From Octopus sinensis (taxonomy: Eukaryota): DNA of 64,000 nt. The stretch is taken from positions 44,206,001 to 44,270,000 of the forward strand of contig NC_042997.1 in assembly GCF_006345805.1 (NCBI RefSeq), read 5' to 3'. Made by a program: the position numbers and the translations under genes. Shown in pieces: positions 23,521 to 35,740 of the stretch; position 1 is the first letter of the stretch; each line of letters opens with the position of its first letter. The notes under the pieces are model-generated. The model saw nothing but the letters and a program-made list of their open reading frames with translations, was not told where the DNA came from and did no database searches.

Positions 23521-24637
23521 TCTCAGTACCATAGAGCATATCCAATACTTAAAGTGGTAAATCATAGCATGTAAATATGGACTTGTGAAACCCTTTTGGA
23601 TAGAAATATCAAAGGCAGCCTTCGACTTTTTCTGTCAAAAGGGATTTTCATCCCAATATTTACATGTTATTATATCTTAATCTGCTTCAAGATCCATTGT
23701 TCCAAAAAAGAATTATTCACACTTTCTTGAAAGTTTATGAATTCCTATAACATCAGATACACACACACATATACATACAAATATACTCACATACTTTTTT
23801 TGTTTTAAGATAAGTCTCAAAGATGCTCTGAGACATTAATGATGTTTCTGGCATCTTAGGGGATTTGAGGGCCTTCAGTATCAGAGCCCCTCACCCAGTT
23901 GACCCAGTCAGAGTTGATCAAGTTCTTGCCTGCATTCCACTTTACTCAAAACCACATTGTATTCTTCTCTGCAACTTCAGTGACGGAATTTATAGCCTTT
24001 TTTGCCCTCCTAGTTGCTCCAAGCTCAGTCAGACACATATATGTACACATTGGCGGCATCTATAAATATTGCATGTCTGGGAATCTGTACCTAGAAATTT
24101 TTGCTTTTGTCTTTTTGACAGAGCATGGCACACACATTAGTGACAGTCCTGGATGCACTGATTGCATTTGAACGCATTCACTGCCAGTTTTGTCCTGAGG
24201 CTGTATTTTCTGTTGATTATGCTTTTCTTCATTAGTAAACCATGGCACTCCTCTCGATTTTTTATATTCCTGTCTGGTACCAGTCTTCAGTAGAAGGACC
24301 AATAATGTCAGCTTACCTTATAACATTCATATAAAGTTGCTTCATGTCTCTCTTGCAGACAGCTTTGAAATTTAGATGCAGATTGTCTTTATGTTCTTTT
24401 GCCAGAAACCAGTTTTTTTTGTATGTACACGTGTATGTGTGTGTTTATATCTATATGTATATATGTGTTTGTATATATAAATGTATGTATATGTGTGTAT
24501 GTATGTATATGTGTGTTTGTGTATATAAATGTATGTATATGTGTGTTTGTGTATATAAATGTATGTATATGTATGTATGTATATATGTGTTTGTATATAT
24601 AAATGTATGTATATGTGTGTATGTATATATAAATGTG

Positions 24638-24670
<33 letters not shown>

Positions 24671-24672
24671 AT

Positions 24673-24990
24673 ATCATCATCATCATCATCGTTTAACATC
24701 CGTTCTCCATGCTAGCATTGGTTGGACGGTTCGACCGGGGATCTGGGAAGCCAGAAGGCTGCACCAGGCTCCGGTCTTATCTGGCAATGTTTCTACAGCT
24801 GGATGCCCTTCCTAACGCCAACCACTCCGTGAGTGTAGTGAGTGCTTTTTACGTGCCACCTGCACTAGTGCCAGGCGAGGCTGGCATTGGCCACGGTCAG
24901 ATTGGTGCATTTTACGTGCCACCTGCATGGAAGCCAGTCGAGGCGGCACTGGCTTCGGCCACGATTCGGATGTGCTTTTTACATGCCACC
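24673..24990 (-). mobile_element. RTE LINE 3'UTR copy
   Basis: Begins (CAT)nCGTTTAAC; same family as 22855. Confidence 0.75.
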
Positions 24991-25017
24991 GAGATATATA
25001 TATATATATATATATAA

Positions 25018-25057
<40 letters not shown>

Positions 25058-25202
25058 ATGTGTGGTATATATATATATATATATATATATAATGTGTTGT
25101 GTATGTATATATATGCATACCTTCCTTCTTGTGACACTTGTGAAGACCTGTTGAGGCAAGTGAAAATCAAAATAGATGAACATCAATGGAATTTGTATCT
25201 TT

Positions 25203-25860
25203 GTGGTACCAGTGCCGGTGGCACATAAAAACACCATCCGAGCGTGGCCGTCTGCCAGCCTCGTCTGGCACCTGTGTCGGTGGCACATAAAAAAAACACC
25301 ATCCGAGCGTGGCCGTCTGCCAGCCTCGTCTGGCACCTGTGTCGGTTGGCACATAAAAAAAAAACACCATCCGAGCGTGGCCGTCTGCCAGCCTCGTCTG
25401 GCACCTGTGTCGGTGGCACATAAAAAAAAAACACCATCCAAGCGTGGCCGTCTGCCAGCCTCGTCTGGCACCTGTGTCGGTGGCACATAAAAAAAAAACA
25501 CCATCTGAGCGTGGCCGTCTGCCAGCCTCGTCTGGCCCCTTGTCGGTGGCACATAAAAAAAAAACACCATCCGAGCGTGGCCGTCTGCCAGCCTCGTCTG
25601 GCACCTGTGTCGGTGGCACATAAAAAACACCATCCGAGCGTGGCCGTTTGCCAGCCTCGTCTGGCACCTGTGTCGGTGGCACATAAAATCACCCACTACA
25701 CTCTCGGAGTGGTTGGCGTTAGGAAGGGCATCCAGCTGTAGAAACACTGCCAGATCTGACTGGACTGGTGCAGCTTTCGGGCTCCCCAGACCCCAGTTGA
25801 ACCGTCCAACCCATGCTAGCATGGAAAGCGGACGTTAAATGATGATGATGATGATGATGA
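25203..25860 (+). mobile_element. RTE LINE 3'UTR copy with an amplified internal tandem array
   Basis: Seven full 63-68-bp units plus a partial unit (25210-25690), then the standard 3' end and (GAT)n. Confidence 0.85.
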
Positions 25861-25878
25861 TATATAATGTGTGTGTAT

Positions 25879-25931
<53 letters not shown>

Positions 25932-25948
25932 TATATATATATATATAA

Positions 25949-25988
<40 letters not shown>

Positions 25989-25989
25989 A

Positions 25990-26023
<34 letters not shown>

Positions 26024-26064
26024 ATGTGTTTGTGTATGTATATCTTAATATAATGTGTATGTAT

Positions 26065-26400
26065 ATCATCATCATCATCGTTTAGCGTCCGCTTTCCATG
26101 CTAGCATGGGTTGGACGGTTCAACTGGGGTCTGTGAAGCCAGAAGGCTGCATCAGGACCAGTCTGATCTGGCAGTGTTTCTACGACTGGATGCCCTTCCT
26201 AACACCAACCACTCCGTGAATGTAGTGGGTGCTTTTTACGTGCCACCCGCAGCTGGCAGACGGCCACGGACGGATGGTGCTTTTTACGTGCCACCGGCAC
26301 GGGGGCCAGGCGAGGCTGGCAACGGCCAGGAACGGATGGTTCTTTTTACGTGCCACCGGCATGGAGGCCAGTCGGGGCCTGGTATCACAGCTGCAATTTC
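26065..26400 (-). mobile_element. RTE LINE 3'UTR copy
   Basis: Same family; three modules. Confidence 0.75.
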
Positions 26401-26463
26401 TATTGATATTGATCGGCTTCGATTTTGGTTCTGCTTTCTGATAACTGATTTGATTTGATTTTG

Positions 26464-26499
<36 letters not shown>

Positions 26500-27094
26500 T
26501 GTGTGTGTATATATCTATATGCAATGTGTGTGTATATATATGTATCTATATGTGTGTATATATATCTATGTATAATGTGTGTGTGTGTATATATATATAT
26601 ATATAATTGAGCAAAAACATTTGAATGTTTACCTTGGAAAAAAGATGTTACTATTGTTAATACCATATATGGCAAATATTTTTAATTGATAATATTAACA
26701 GCTGTAACTTAGGTGGTTCTCAGGTTTAATAGCATTATAAACTATAAAATATCAAATTAACATGAAGCCTTAGGGGTGCAGTGAGCATCAACCTATTTAG
26801 AAATGAGAGCTAAAGTCTCATTTCAACTGCTAGAAGGAGTCGAGTTTCTGGGTATTGAGTCCATGTGTATCATATCAGGTTGAAGATGGGAAGGATGGCT
26901 TCCCTTTGCAAATACTGGTAGGGCACAGAAAGTGGAGGTGTCCTCCTGGGGCTACAAGTTACAGTAGCAACCAGCCGTAAGGGTTAACCACATTTAAGTG
27001 GCAAATATACTTCATAATGTCATGCAGCTCCTGTTTATACATCACTCAGAGATTTATTATTATGTATTTATATATGTGTGTATGGATATATATG

Positions 27095-27652
27095 TATATG
27101 ACCAGCGACTGAGACCTTTGGAAATATGCTGTACGTGAGAAGACCAGGCAGGACAAGTGAGCCCAGCCCACTTATGAATGCCTTTCCTCCCTTGGACACA
27201 AAGACCTGTTGAGGCAAGCGAAGTCGATATAGAACCTCATCCAACGACAGGCACCCATGCCAACCCCCTCTGCTTGCGAAGACCTGTTGGGGCAAGCGAA
27301 ATCGAAATCGAATTTAACCAGCCAGGATCCCTGGTCTGGTGGTACGTAAAAAGCACTATCCGACTCGTGGCCAATGCCAGTGCTGCCTCAACTGGCTTCT
27401 GTGCCGGTGGCACATAAAATACACCAATCCGACCGTGGCCGTTGCCAGCCTCGCCTGGCACCTGTGCAGGTGGCATGTAAAAAGCACCCACTACACTCAC
27501 GGAGTGGTTGGCATTAGGAAGGGCATCCAGCTGTAGAAACATTGCCAGATAAGACTGGAGCCTGGTGCAGCCTTCTGGCTTCCCAGATCCCCGGTCGAAC
27601 CGTCCAACCCATGCTAGCATGGAGAACGGACGTTAAACGATGATGATGATGA
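27095..27652 (+). mobile_element. 5'-truncated RTE LINE: ORF2 end plus full 3'UTR
   Basis: DLWKYAVREKTRQDK* is directly followed by the 3'UTR family and (GAT)n, which links that repeat family to an RTE LINE. Confidence 0.7.
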
Positions 27653-27672
27653 TATATACATATATATATAAA

Positions 27673-27712
<40 letters not shown>

Positions 27713-27765
27713 GTGTGTATATATATATATATATATATAATATATATATATATGTATGTGTGTAT

Positions 27766-28114
27766 GTAGTGAAGGCACATGGCTCAGTGGTTAGAGCGTC
27801 GAGCTTACGATCGTGAGGTTGTGAGCTCGAATCCCGGACTGGGCTGCGTGTTGTGTTCTCGTGCAAGGCACTTTATTTCACGTTGCTCCAGTTCACTCAG
27901 CTGTAGAAATGAGTTGCGACGTCACTGGTGCCAAGCTGTATCGACCTTTGTCTTTCCCTTGGATAACACTGGTGGCGTGGAGAGGGGAGGCTGGTATGCA
28001 TGGGCGACTGCTGGCCTTCCATAAAAACAACCTTGCCCAGACTTGTGTCTAGGAGGGTAACTTTCTAGGTGCAATCCCATGGTCATTCATGACCGAAGGG
28101 GGTCTTTACCCTTT
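27766..28114 (+). mobile_element. tRNA-derived SINE, head 2 plus its own tail
   Basis: TGGCTCAGTGGTTAGAGCG A box, GCTCGAATCC B-box-like; head shared with 52144 and 46672. Confidence 0.75.
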
Positions 28115-28139
28115 ATGTGTGTATATATATATATATGTA

Positions 28140-28178
<39 letters not shown>

Positions 28179-28226
28179 ATGTATGTGTGTGTATACACAT
28201 ATGTGTATATATATGTATATATATAT

Positions 28227-28555
28227 GTCAGCATCAAAGGAAGACCCTTCCCTTCTGGAAGTGTAACAGCGATGCCCTTCCTGACATCCCTCCTTACTTT
28301 CTCATGTGCAACTCGAGATTTCTCAAACATGGCTGTCCCCTCATGCACAACCCTTCTCCACCTGCTACGATCAATAGCTATGCCTTCCCATGTGTCAGGA
28401 GAGATGCAAGCATCTCTTAAGGAAGCCTTCAGCAAGTCCTTATACCTCTTTTTTGGTTTATGTGGAGGTCGTTCTCCTTTAGCTAACTCTCCATAAAAGA
28501 GTTGTTTTGGCATCTTTGAATCCTTCATCCTGACCAGATGACCACTCCATATTCA

Positions 28556-28586
<31 letters not shown>

Positions 28587-28608
28587 GTGTGTCTATATAT
28601 ATGTGTGT

Positions 28609-28650
<42 letters not shown>

Positions 28651-29038
28651 GTATATATGTTGTGTATGTATATATAGTGTATAATATATATATGTATGTA
28701 TATTTGTAAAGCTGGACTCAAGAGTCGTCTTTGTAGTCATAAAGCGAGACAGATGAGTGACAACCTGGCCACTGGTGGTGGTGTAACACACCATAGTAAT
28801 CATATCTGTCGGGCATGTGGAAGAGAGTGTAATTCGGCAGGAGGACTTAAACGACATGCAAAGGTACATGAAGCCCAGTTACAACTACAGCCGGCTATTA
28901 CCGGTAAAGGTTTTAGCTGCCAATTCTGTACAAGACATTGTAGATCTTTAGCTGGGCTAAAAAGTCACATTCGATCACAGCACCAGTAACAGTTAAGCTT
29001 TGTGCAATGGCCATACTCGATAACGAGGGGGCAGCCTA
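28227..29038. mobile_element. RTE-BovB-like LINE with inverted 5' part; 3' part encodes C2H2 fingers
   Basis: Minus strand 28550 to 28227: WSGHLVRMKDSKMPKQLFYGEL...GERPPHKPKKRYKD...W...DRSRWR. Plus strand 28705-28989: KAGLKS...CRACGRECNSAGGLKRH...CQFCTRHCRSLAGLKSHIRSQH*, then a short 3'UTR. Confidence 0.8.
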
Positions 29039-29057
29039 ATATATATATATATGTATG

Positions 29058-29108
<51 letters not shown>

Positions 29109-29205
29109 ATGTGTATGTATGTTTATAAATATCTATGTTTACGTGTATGTATGTATGTATATGTATATATATCTATGTATATGTATATATGTATATGTAT
29201 ATATA

Positions 29206-29305
29206 NNNNNNNNNNNNNNNNNNNNNNNNNNNNNNNNNNNNNNNNNNNNNNNNNNNNNNNNNNNNNNNNNNNNNNNNNNNNNNNNNNNNNNNNNNNNNNN
29301 NNNNN
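29206..29305. other. Assembly gap (100 N)
   Basis: Run of N next to an AT/GT microsatellite. Confidence 1.
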
Positions 29306-29836
29306 GTTAGTAAATGTGGTCAGGTTGACCTGAAAATTTGAACCCCTATGTTAAAAGTGCTGGGGAGTTTACATGGCAACTTAACCTTTGCCCAATTGAA
29401 AGTCGTGGCCTTTAGGGCAAAGAAAAAAGTTGTCTTCGATCGATTTGGGGGTGTGGAGGTCAGGTTTTTTGCGTGATATCAGTAAAACGTATGACTGCAT
29501 GATTCTCAGGCTGTTTTGTATCAAATGCTTGCAAAAATTTCAGAAATTTTTGGTAACAAAGCAAGATTTATTCAAAAAACTTTTACTGGTCACTTTTAGT
29601 TGTTGCAGCTGCTTAAATCTTATTTGGCATTTGTTTCTGCCTATTTGCACATTTCCAAAACTAAAATGGTACCTGCTTGTGGAGTGTGATGAGATATATT
29701 TTTCACATTTTGAACCGTTCAAAAATTCTGCCGATAACTACAGAAATAATCAAAGAGATTAGTAAATTAACTATTCTTTGCACCAATTTTGTGGCACCGG
29801 CAAATGTGAATTTCGCTCCTGTTCGGTCACAGAGGC

Positions 29837-30035
29837 TTTTTACCTTTTACTTGTTTCAGTCATTTGACTGCGGCCATGCTGCAGCACAGCCTTTAGTCAA
29901 GCAAATTGACCCCAATATTTATTCTTTGTAAGCCTTGTACTTATTCTATTGGTATCTTTTGCTGAACCACTAAGTTACAGGGACGTAAACACACCACCAT
30001 TGGTTGTCAAGTGATGTGTGTGGGGGGCAAACACA

Positions 30036-30074
<39 letters not shown>

Positions 30075-30253
30075 TATATATATATACACACGACGGGCTT
30101 CTTTCAGTTTCCGCCTACCAAATCTACTCACAAGGCTTTGGTCAGCCCGAGGCTATAGTGGAAGACACTTTCCCAAGGTGCCATGCAGTGGGAATGAACC
30201 TGGAACCATGTGGTTGGTAAGCAAGCTACTTACCACACAGCCACTCTTGCACC
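29837..30253 (-). mobile_element. SINE family D, near full length with internal microsatellite
   Basis: Head at 30253, CORE-like segment, internal (TA)n, tail ...GACTGAAACAAGTAAAAG. Confidence 0.75.
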
Positions 30254-30854
30254 TACTTATTATCGAATTTTTTTTCTTGCATGAAAGGCTTACACAGTAT
30301 GTAAGCTAGCTCAGAAAAGCGATTACTATTCAGCAGCTGTTTCGCTTTTCAATTTTAATTTGAGCTCGATTTTTTTATTTCAATTGCATCAACGTTGATA
30401 TACAAGGGATGAAAGTTTATAAATATTATTAAAAAGATAAACAAGATAGGTTACTGATTCTGCAAAATTGGGATCCGTGTGACTACATATTGTACCAAGA
30501 AGATTGTAAGTGCAGTCATACTATACTGTTTCAGTTTTGTGCAGAGACCTGATTGGTGTTCTGTTTTTTTCCCATCATGCTTTGCCCTTCACATTTGCAT
30601 CCTTCAAGTTTCTCCAATTGCTTCTCAATGACTTTAAACATTTGGCATACTATTCTTTCACTTTTCGTTTTTTTTTTAATTCTTCATCCTTGTATGTATG
30701 TATGTGTATATATGCGTATGTATATGTGTATATATGCGTATGTATATGTATATATATGCATATGTATATGTATGTATATATATGCATATGTATGTATGTA
30801 TATATATGTATATATGCATATGTATATGTATATATATTTTTGTATATATATATA

Positions 30855-31100
30855 TCATCATCATCATCATCGTTTAACGTCCGTTTTCCGCGCTAGCGCG
30901 GGTTGGACGGTTTCGACCGGGGTCTGGGGAGCTAGGGACTGCCCCAGGCTCCAGTCTAGTCTGGCAGTGTTTCTACAGCTGGATGCCCTTCCTAACGCCA
31001 ACCACTCCGCGAGTGTAGTGGGTGTTTTTTACGTGCCACCTGCACAGGTGCCAGAGGGGTCTGGCATCGGCCACGTTCGGATGGTGCTTTTTATGTGGGG
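30855..31100 (-). mobile_element. RTE LINE 3'UTR copy
   Basis: (CAT)nCGTTTAACGTCCG... Confidence 0.75.
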
Positions 31101-31484
31101 GGGGGGGGTGCAGAAATATAGGGGAGCACCAGTGGGGAGGGGTGGTTCAGAGAAATGATGAAGAACGTAGGATATCAAGAGAGGGGTAATGCATGGTGAA
31201 ATAGCGTATTGAAGAGGGGGGTTCGAAGAGTAGACACCTATAATGGTGGTGGGAGAAGCGACATCCGGTATAGATGGAGCAAAAATATAGAGATATCCGG
31301 TATTGGTGGTGGGGGTGGGCAGGGCGGGTGCACCGCGAATACACGATGGTTGATTATAGACGAGAGGAGAAATGGATAAATTAGTTAAAATAATTAGATA
31401 GATAGAGAAATTAGATAAAAATAGTTAGATAGATAAGAAAGCATGTATGATCGATCGAGAAGTGAAAATAAATAAGCATTCCCA

Positions 31485-31517
<33 letters not shown>

Positions 31518-32006
31518 GCAAACTGTCGACCGAGGATCAAAGGGACAATACTAATACTAATAATAATAGTAATAATAATAAATAATAAACAGCTCAACCA
31601 CAACATTAGATTAGAAAGACTCTCTTATCTTGGGAACATTTCGTTCTTCGGCCTGACACGGGAATATGACGGGCTGGCTTAAAAATGCTCTTAGCAAAGG
31701 AAGAGGGGGGATGGCAGACAATATATAGGTATGTATATATATGTATATATATATATATGTGTGTGTGTATGTGTACATATAAGTATATATAGAGATATGA
31801 ATAGATGTATATATAAATGTATATATACATATGTATATATACATTGGAGCTTGGTGTAACCATCTGGCTTGCCATTCCTCAGTCAAATTGTCCAACCCAT
31901 GCCAGCATGGAATGTGGATGTTAAACGATGATGATGATATATATATATATATATATGTTTATATATGTGTAGATATATATATGTTCATACGTATATATAT
32001 AGATAG

Positions 32007-32173
32007 ATATGCTTTATTTAAAGCAGCAGAAAATTCAACAAAACCTGTTACTCTGAGTTTCCCGTTGCCGTTCACCGGACAGTTTTTGCTAGAAAAACTG
32101 TCTGATGAACGGCAACGTGAAACTCAGAGTAACAGGTTTTGTTGAATTTTCTGCTGCTTTAAATAAAACATAT
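32007..32173. repeat. 81-bp-arm near-perfect palindrome (inverted PLE-type terminal repeat)
   Basis: 32007-32087 versus 32093-32173, 5-nt loop GCTAG, four non-Watson-Crick positions. Confidence 0.95.
32098..32135 (+). ncRNA. Minimal type I hammerhead ribozyme, canonical core
   Basis: CTGT | CTGATGA | ACG-GCAA-CGT | GAA | ACTCAGAGT | A | ACAG; GNRA tetraloop on stem II; predicted GUA cleavage after 32131. Confidence 0.8.
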
Positions 32174-32839
32174 TACTCTACCACTGGTATTTGAGTACTC
32201 TTTTTTCCACCTTGTTTCACATTTATGTGTTTACTCCGGTATATATATAGATAGGTAGATATATATATGTACACAGACTTATATATATATATATTTGTGT
32301 GTGTATTTATATATCATAAGTATATATATATATATATATATATATATCAATATATATGTGTTTATATACATATACATGTGTTTGTGTGTGTATGTATGTA
32401 TACACATACACGTGTATGTTTGTGTGTGTATATGTATATATGTATGTGTGCAGATGTGGCTGTGTGATTACGAAGGCTGAGTAATATTTCTGTAACAATA
32501 TCATGTCTTTATAAATAATATGCAGAATTGCCATGATTCACATTCCACAAACTGTATATGTTTGTGTATGTGTTTGTATATATGTTGTATATGTTTTTGT
32601 ATATATGTTGTGTGAGTGAGTGTGTTGTCCTGGAAGCTGAAGTATTCTTGGCTCGTCTTAGATTCAGGAAAGTTCAGATTGGCAATAATGACAGATAGGA
32701 TGAAGAGATAGAGACTTATAACAGAAAAGGAAGCAGCTTTTCTACAAAACAACTTGCTGAAGGCTGTAGACCAGTTCATGATGACATGGTGGCAGAAAAC
32801 ACTTGGAATAGAACCCTGAAAGCCCCTGGGGTATCAATT

Positions 32840-33720
32840 TTATTTTTCTGCAATTACCAATTTTAACAAATCAGTTAATATTTTCCCCATCATTGTTTAT
32901 GTATTCTGCCAACATTCCACTATTTTGTCAGTGCCTTGATGATAGAAATCACCAGGTTTTGATTTGAAGAATTCATCAAGTCAGATTTTCAGCTCCACAT
33001 CATTGTTGAGCAAAATGCCATGCAGACTGTTGGAGAGCTATCAGAAAAGGTGATAATCTTAAGGTGCTGTACTAAAAGAATATGGTGAGTGTGGTAGAAG
33101 TTTTCAACCAAGCTCTTGAATAACATTTTTTACTCAAAATAATGACAAGTATTATCATGTTAGACATGCTTGTTGAGCCAGTGCATTTGCTGAATGTAAA
33201 GCTGCTCTGCATTGACTGTGCAGTTGTTTTCAAGCGTTTTGGAGTTGATTATCTCCTCCCAATCCCACCAAACACAGATGCAGTTCTTGCTTAGCTGAGG
33301 TGTTGCTCGCTTGATGGGACTCAGCCAATCCTTCCTCTGCTTCATATTGATGTAAAGACACCAGTTTTCATTGCTGGTGATAATGTGGTAAAGAAACCTT
33401 TGTGTCCCAGAGTAGCCTGGTAGTATGTGAACAAACTGGTGGTGATGGAGTTTCTCTTTTGTTCAGAACAGTGGCACCCATGCACTGAATGTTTGGGTCT
33501 TACATATCAAGCGAAAGTGTCAGGGGAGCATCTCGTCTACTGATCCAATTCCCTAGTGTGTTGGTGTGGATCAGCTGGGTCAGTCAATCCTCATTAAACT
33601 GAACAAAACGGTGGAATTGCGAAGAGTCTGTGAAGTTCAATTTTCCCTCCTTTCAGTGACAACACCTTCTCTTTACACAGTTCAAATGTCTTGAGTGGCC
33701 TTGGCAGCTCTGGAACTTTG
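32840..33720 (-). pseudogene. Degraded mariner element
   Basis: IITSNENWCLYIN.KQRKDWLSP...CVWWDWE..I...LPHSPYS...P.DYHLF, with many stops. Confidence 0.75.
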
Positions 33721-34279
33721 ATTGAAAATAAAGAAAATCAGGAGTTGAAAATATTCATTTTTTTTCCTACTCCACCATAATATGTTGGAAAAGAGGTAAA
33801 ATTTATTCAAATTTCAAAATAAACAAAAGTTGTAGAGGGAAAATGAAGCTTCAAAAAAAAAAACCCCATTAAGCACAGCACTATGATAAAAATATTTTTT
33901 TGTGTTAATTCAGATAACATTGGAGAGAAACAACTGAATTTATCCAACAATCCAATAAGAGTCAGGCTTGGAAAGATTGTGGAAGCTGAATAGATAGCTA
34001 TAAGCGTAGTTCTAGATCAGATATACATAGTAATGGAAGCCAAAGAAAGAAAGCAGTTTGTGCTTGTTCTGCCATGTGTAGTGTTCCTGATTGCTAAGTT
34101 GTGTGCTAGAGAGAATTGAAATGTTGGTGAGATGTGTGTGAGGAATGATAATGGCACACTCCACTTGAAAAGAGGCATGCAAGTGCTACCATAAGAGGTT
34201 GTTAAATGTAGAGAGAGTATGAAAGTGAGGGAGTCAACCTGAAGTAGACCCAACAGAAGGACTAACAATTCAAATTGAT

Positions 34280-35740
34280 AGCATTATGGGAGACAGTGAT
34301 TAAGCATATGAAGGCAGAGAAAGTAGCTGGTTTATTAGAGATAGTTGTTAACATGCTTAAGATAGCTGGTGAAATAGGATGCAGATTAGTCACTTGAATA
34401 ATCAATCAGGTAATACAGGTAAGCCTCAAGGGCAAAGGGGATCTACTAGAGATAGGAAACTACAGAGGCATCAAGCTGTTGGACTAAGTTTAAAAAAGTA
34501 GTTGAAAGAGTTTTCCATCTAAGCTAATACAGTAATTGACAAGAACAGTATTAACTTAGATGGAATACAGTTTAGTTTTGTGCCTGGAAGAGGTACCATA
34601 GACGTCACTTTCCTAGTGTGACAGATGCAGGAGAAGTATTTAGCTAACAATAAGACTTGGTACTTAGTATTTGTTGACTTGAAAAGGCCTTTTGACTGGG
34701 TGTCACATTTTGTTACCTGGTATTATATATAAGGAAACTAGGGCCAGTCAAGCTATGTACATAGTTACAGTCTGCAAGGTGAGTCTCAGCAATGTCTTGA
34801 GTTTGGAACTTCTCATTCAGATAGGTGTCCATCAAGGCTCAGATCTCATCCCCTTTTTCTTTATTATAGACCTCTCTGCTCTAACAGGAGTTGAAAACAG
34901 GCTCTTCGTGAGAATTTCTCAGTGTTGATGACTTAGTTGTTAGAGAAGAATCAGTAGATTTGGAGAAGAAATTCCAGACATGGAAACAAAACTTGGAATT
35001 GAAAAGTTTTCAAATAAACCTAACGAAGACTAAAATTTTAGTATGTAGGGAAAGAAACAGGACAACTTCTACCATCAGGGAAATGACTGTAATCGAAATG
35101 CAGAAAAGGATCAGGCAGAAATTCTATACAATGTGAACCCAAGATATAACAGGTTCACATGTAGGCTAACAGAAATTACTGCAAGTGCATAGGCATAGAG
35201 GCAATGAATTACCAGGTGCACATGGAAGCAGACAGTCTCTAATACCTGGGAAAATTCTCTAGAAGTAGTTGATAGCTTCTACCTAGGTGACTATTCTATT
35301 AGGAGATTTGTGCTGTGAAAATTTAGTAATCTGAGAAGGTACAGGTTCAAAAAAGTTCAGGGATATTACCCTTAATAGCAACTAAGGACTTTTCTATCAG
35401 AGTGGAAGGAAGACTGTATGATGAGTGCATGCAAACTGCAATGTTACATGATGGTGAGACATGGGCTGTAAATGCAAAAGATTTGTGAAAACTAGAAAGG
35501 AATGAAAGCAAAACATGCTTTGCTGGGAATGTAATGTTAATGTCCATGATTGATGGAGTAGAAATAAACTGAAAGAGAATATCATCAAAGGATTCAGATG
35601 ATGCAGTACCGAAGGAAAAAGACTGCTCTGGATTAATCATGGACTGCATATGGAAATTGGCGGCAGCTGTCTAAAGCAAATGCAACTAAGGAAGACTTGG
35701 ATGAGATGGCAAAGTCTGCTACTGAGGTGTTACCTCTCTC
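34280..35740 (+). pseudogene. Degraded RTE LINE reverse transcriptase region
   Basis: KGKGDLLEIGNYRGIKLL, QFSFVPGRGTID..F..RQMQEKYL...FVDL.K.FD, and RKTW motifs with frameshifts. Confidence 0.75.

Noticed and set aside
25210-25690. CRISPR-like array
   Set aside because: The units are contiguous with no unique spacers, there are no cas genes, and the unit is part of an RTE 3'UTR.
24812-25822. 336-aa ORF and overlapping ORFs
   Set aside because: Translation of the tandem array and microsatellites on the antisense strand of a LINE UTR.
28696-28989. Host C2H2 zinc-finger gene
   Set aside because: It continues the adjacent RTE ORF2 fragment and is followed by a LINE-type 3' end; the start lies in a microsatellite.
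30450-30505. Candidate exon LLILQNWDPCDYILYQED with GTAAGT donor
   Set aside because: The acceptor lacks a polypyrimidine tract, there is an in-frame stop just upstream, and the peptide is not recognised.
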